Source: Trichosphaerium sp. ATCC 40318
Lineage: Eukaryota; Protista; Tubulinea
Length of the DNA: 64,000 bases
Assembly (NCBI GenBank): GCA_038496445.1
Contig: JALMLS010000228.1
Location: 62,001-126,000, forward strand
Direction: 5' to 3'
Position 1 is the first letter of the stretch. Every line of letters begins with the position of its first letter. Shown here one piece after another: positions 63,331 through 64,000 of this stretch. Both the position numbers and the translations under genes were made by a program. Under the pieces are notes generated by a model. It saw only the letters and a list, made by a program, of their open reading frames with translations, was not told where the DNA came from and did not search any database.

Positions 63331-64000
63331 ATGGGATATTGTCCAGTCGCAAGTCGTAACTCTCGTGGTGAAGGCGTGCTTTTGAAGATTCAACAAAGAA
63401 TAAACTTGATTTTTTTCACAACTGTAAAAACAACGTGGAGATTAAATGAAACACGGCGCTCTTAAAATAACAGGTTGCTCCATTGGTTTACTTTTGATTG
63501 GTTATTAACTCGTTTTGTTCTTTATTTAGTTGTACAAGGCATGAGCCTCACTGTAAAGGGTACAGTTGGTAGTAGCGATCCGTATGTGATACTCAGAGTT
63601 GGAAACAAAAAGGCTAGAACAAAAAAGGCTACCACTATCGTACGGGTCTAGTTCCTTTATTATACGTATACTCATACATCATAGAATCCAGTATGGAAAC
63701 AAACATTTATTTTCAAGTACGTTGGAAGAAGCAGTAAAAGTAGTTTTTAAATTTTTTATTAGCTAACTTTTTTTTTTGTAAAAAGTAAGATTACACCACG
63801 TGTTCGCGTATCTTGTGAGTGTTGGGATAAACATAGGATATTCGATAGATTTTTAGGTAAATTCACAATCCCTGTGGAGGATATGGAATTCGCTACGGCT
63901 GTGTTAGTTGATAAGTACGCATGAGGCTTTGCTTCTTTAACAATCTCCAAAAACTCCTCACAAAAATATTGTTTTGTTCAGGTGGTTTTTTTCGTCTTAT
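63331..64000 (+). CDS. C2-domain protein, partial (runs off the right edge; start uncertain)
   Basis: VVQGMSL..GSSDPYVILRVGNKKARTK..NPVWKQTFIF..ECWDKHRIFDRFLGKFTIPV. Confidence 0.8.

Overview
Gene-dense, AT-rich eukaryotic (protist, probably amoebozoan-like) nuclear DNA with many short spliceosomal introns (mostly 40-130 nt), so the ORF track is fragmentary. I rebuilt gene models by eye across GT/GC..AG junctions. About 20 genes: a partial unknown gene, a GPI-type FN3 surface protein, a 3R-MYB factor, a Reeler/reprolysin/mucin/SdrD-B mosaic protease, two tandem-duplicated orphan genes, dihydroxy-acid dehydratase, a kelch-like protein, an NAD-dependent epimerase/reductase, a tail-anchored WD40 protein, alkaline phosphatase, two ~68-aa 'DDWY..YP..W' repeat proteins (one with a C-terminal PD-(D/E)XK/RAP-like nuclease domain), tripeptidyl-peptidase I, metacaspase, an MBOAT acyltransferase, two F-box/LRR genes, a MORN-ARM-kinase-ARM gene, a Ded1/DDX3 helicase and a partial C2-domain gene. 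The most notable observations are four. (1) A ~300-nt GC-rich, fully nested RNA rod lies just inside the unusually long first intron of the Ded1/DDX3 helicase, a candidate autoregulatory sensor or intron-hosted ncRNA. (2) The modular repeat protein family occurs with and without a nuclease domain. (3) Splicing is unusual: at least 11 frame-required GC-AG introns, two U12-type introns (one only 41 nt) and an obligatory 5-nt microexon. (4) CACGTG is strongly over-represented and coincides with many GC donors. Coordinates are hand-derived and may be off by a few nt.
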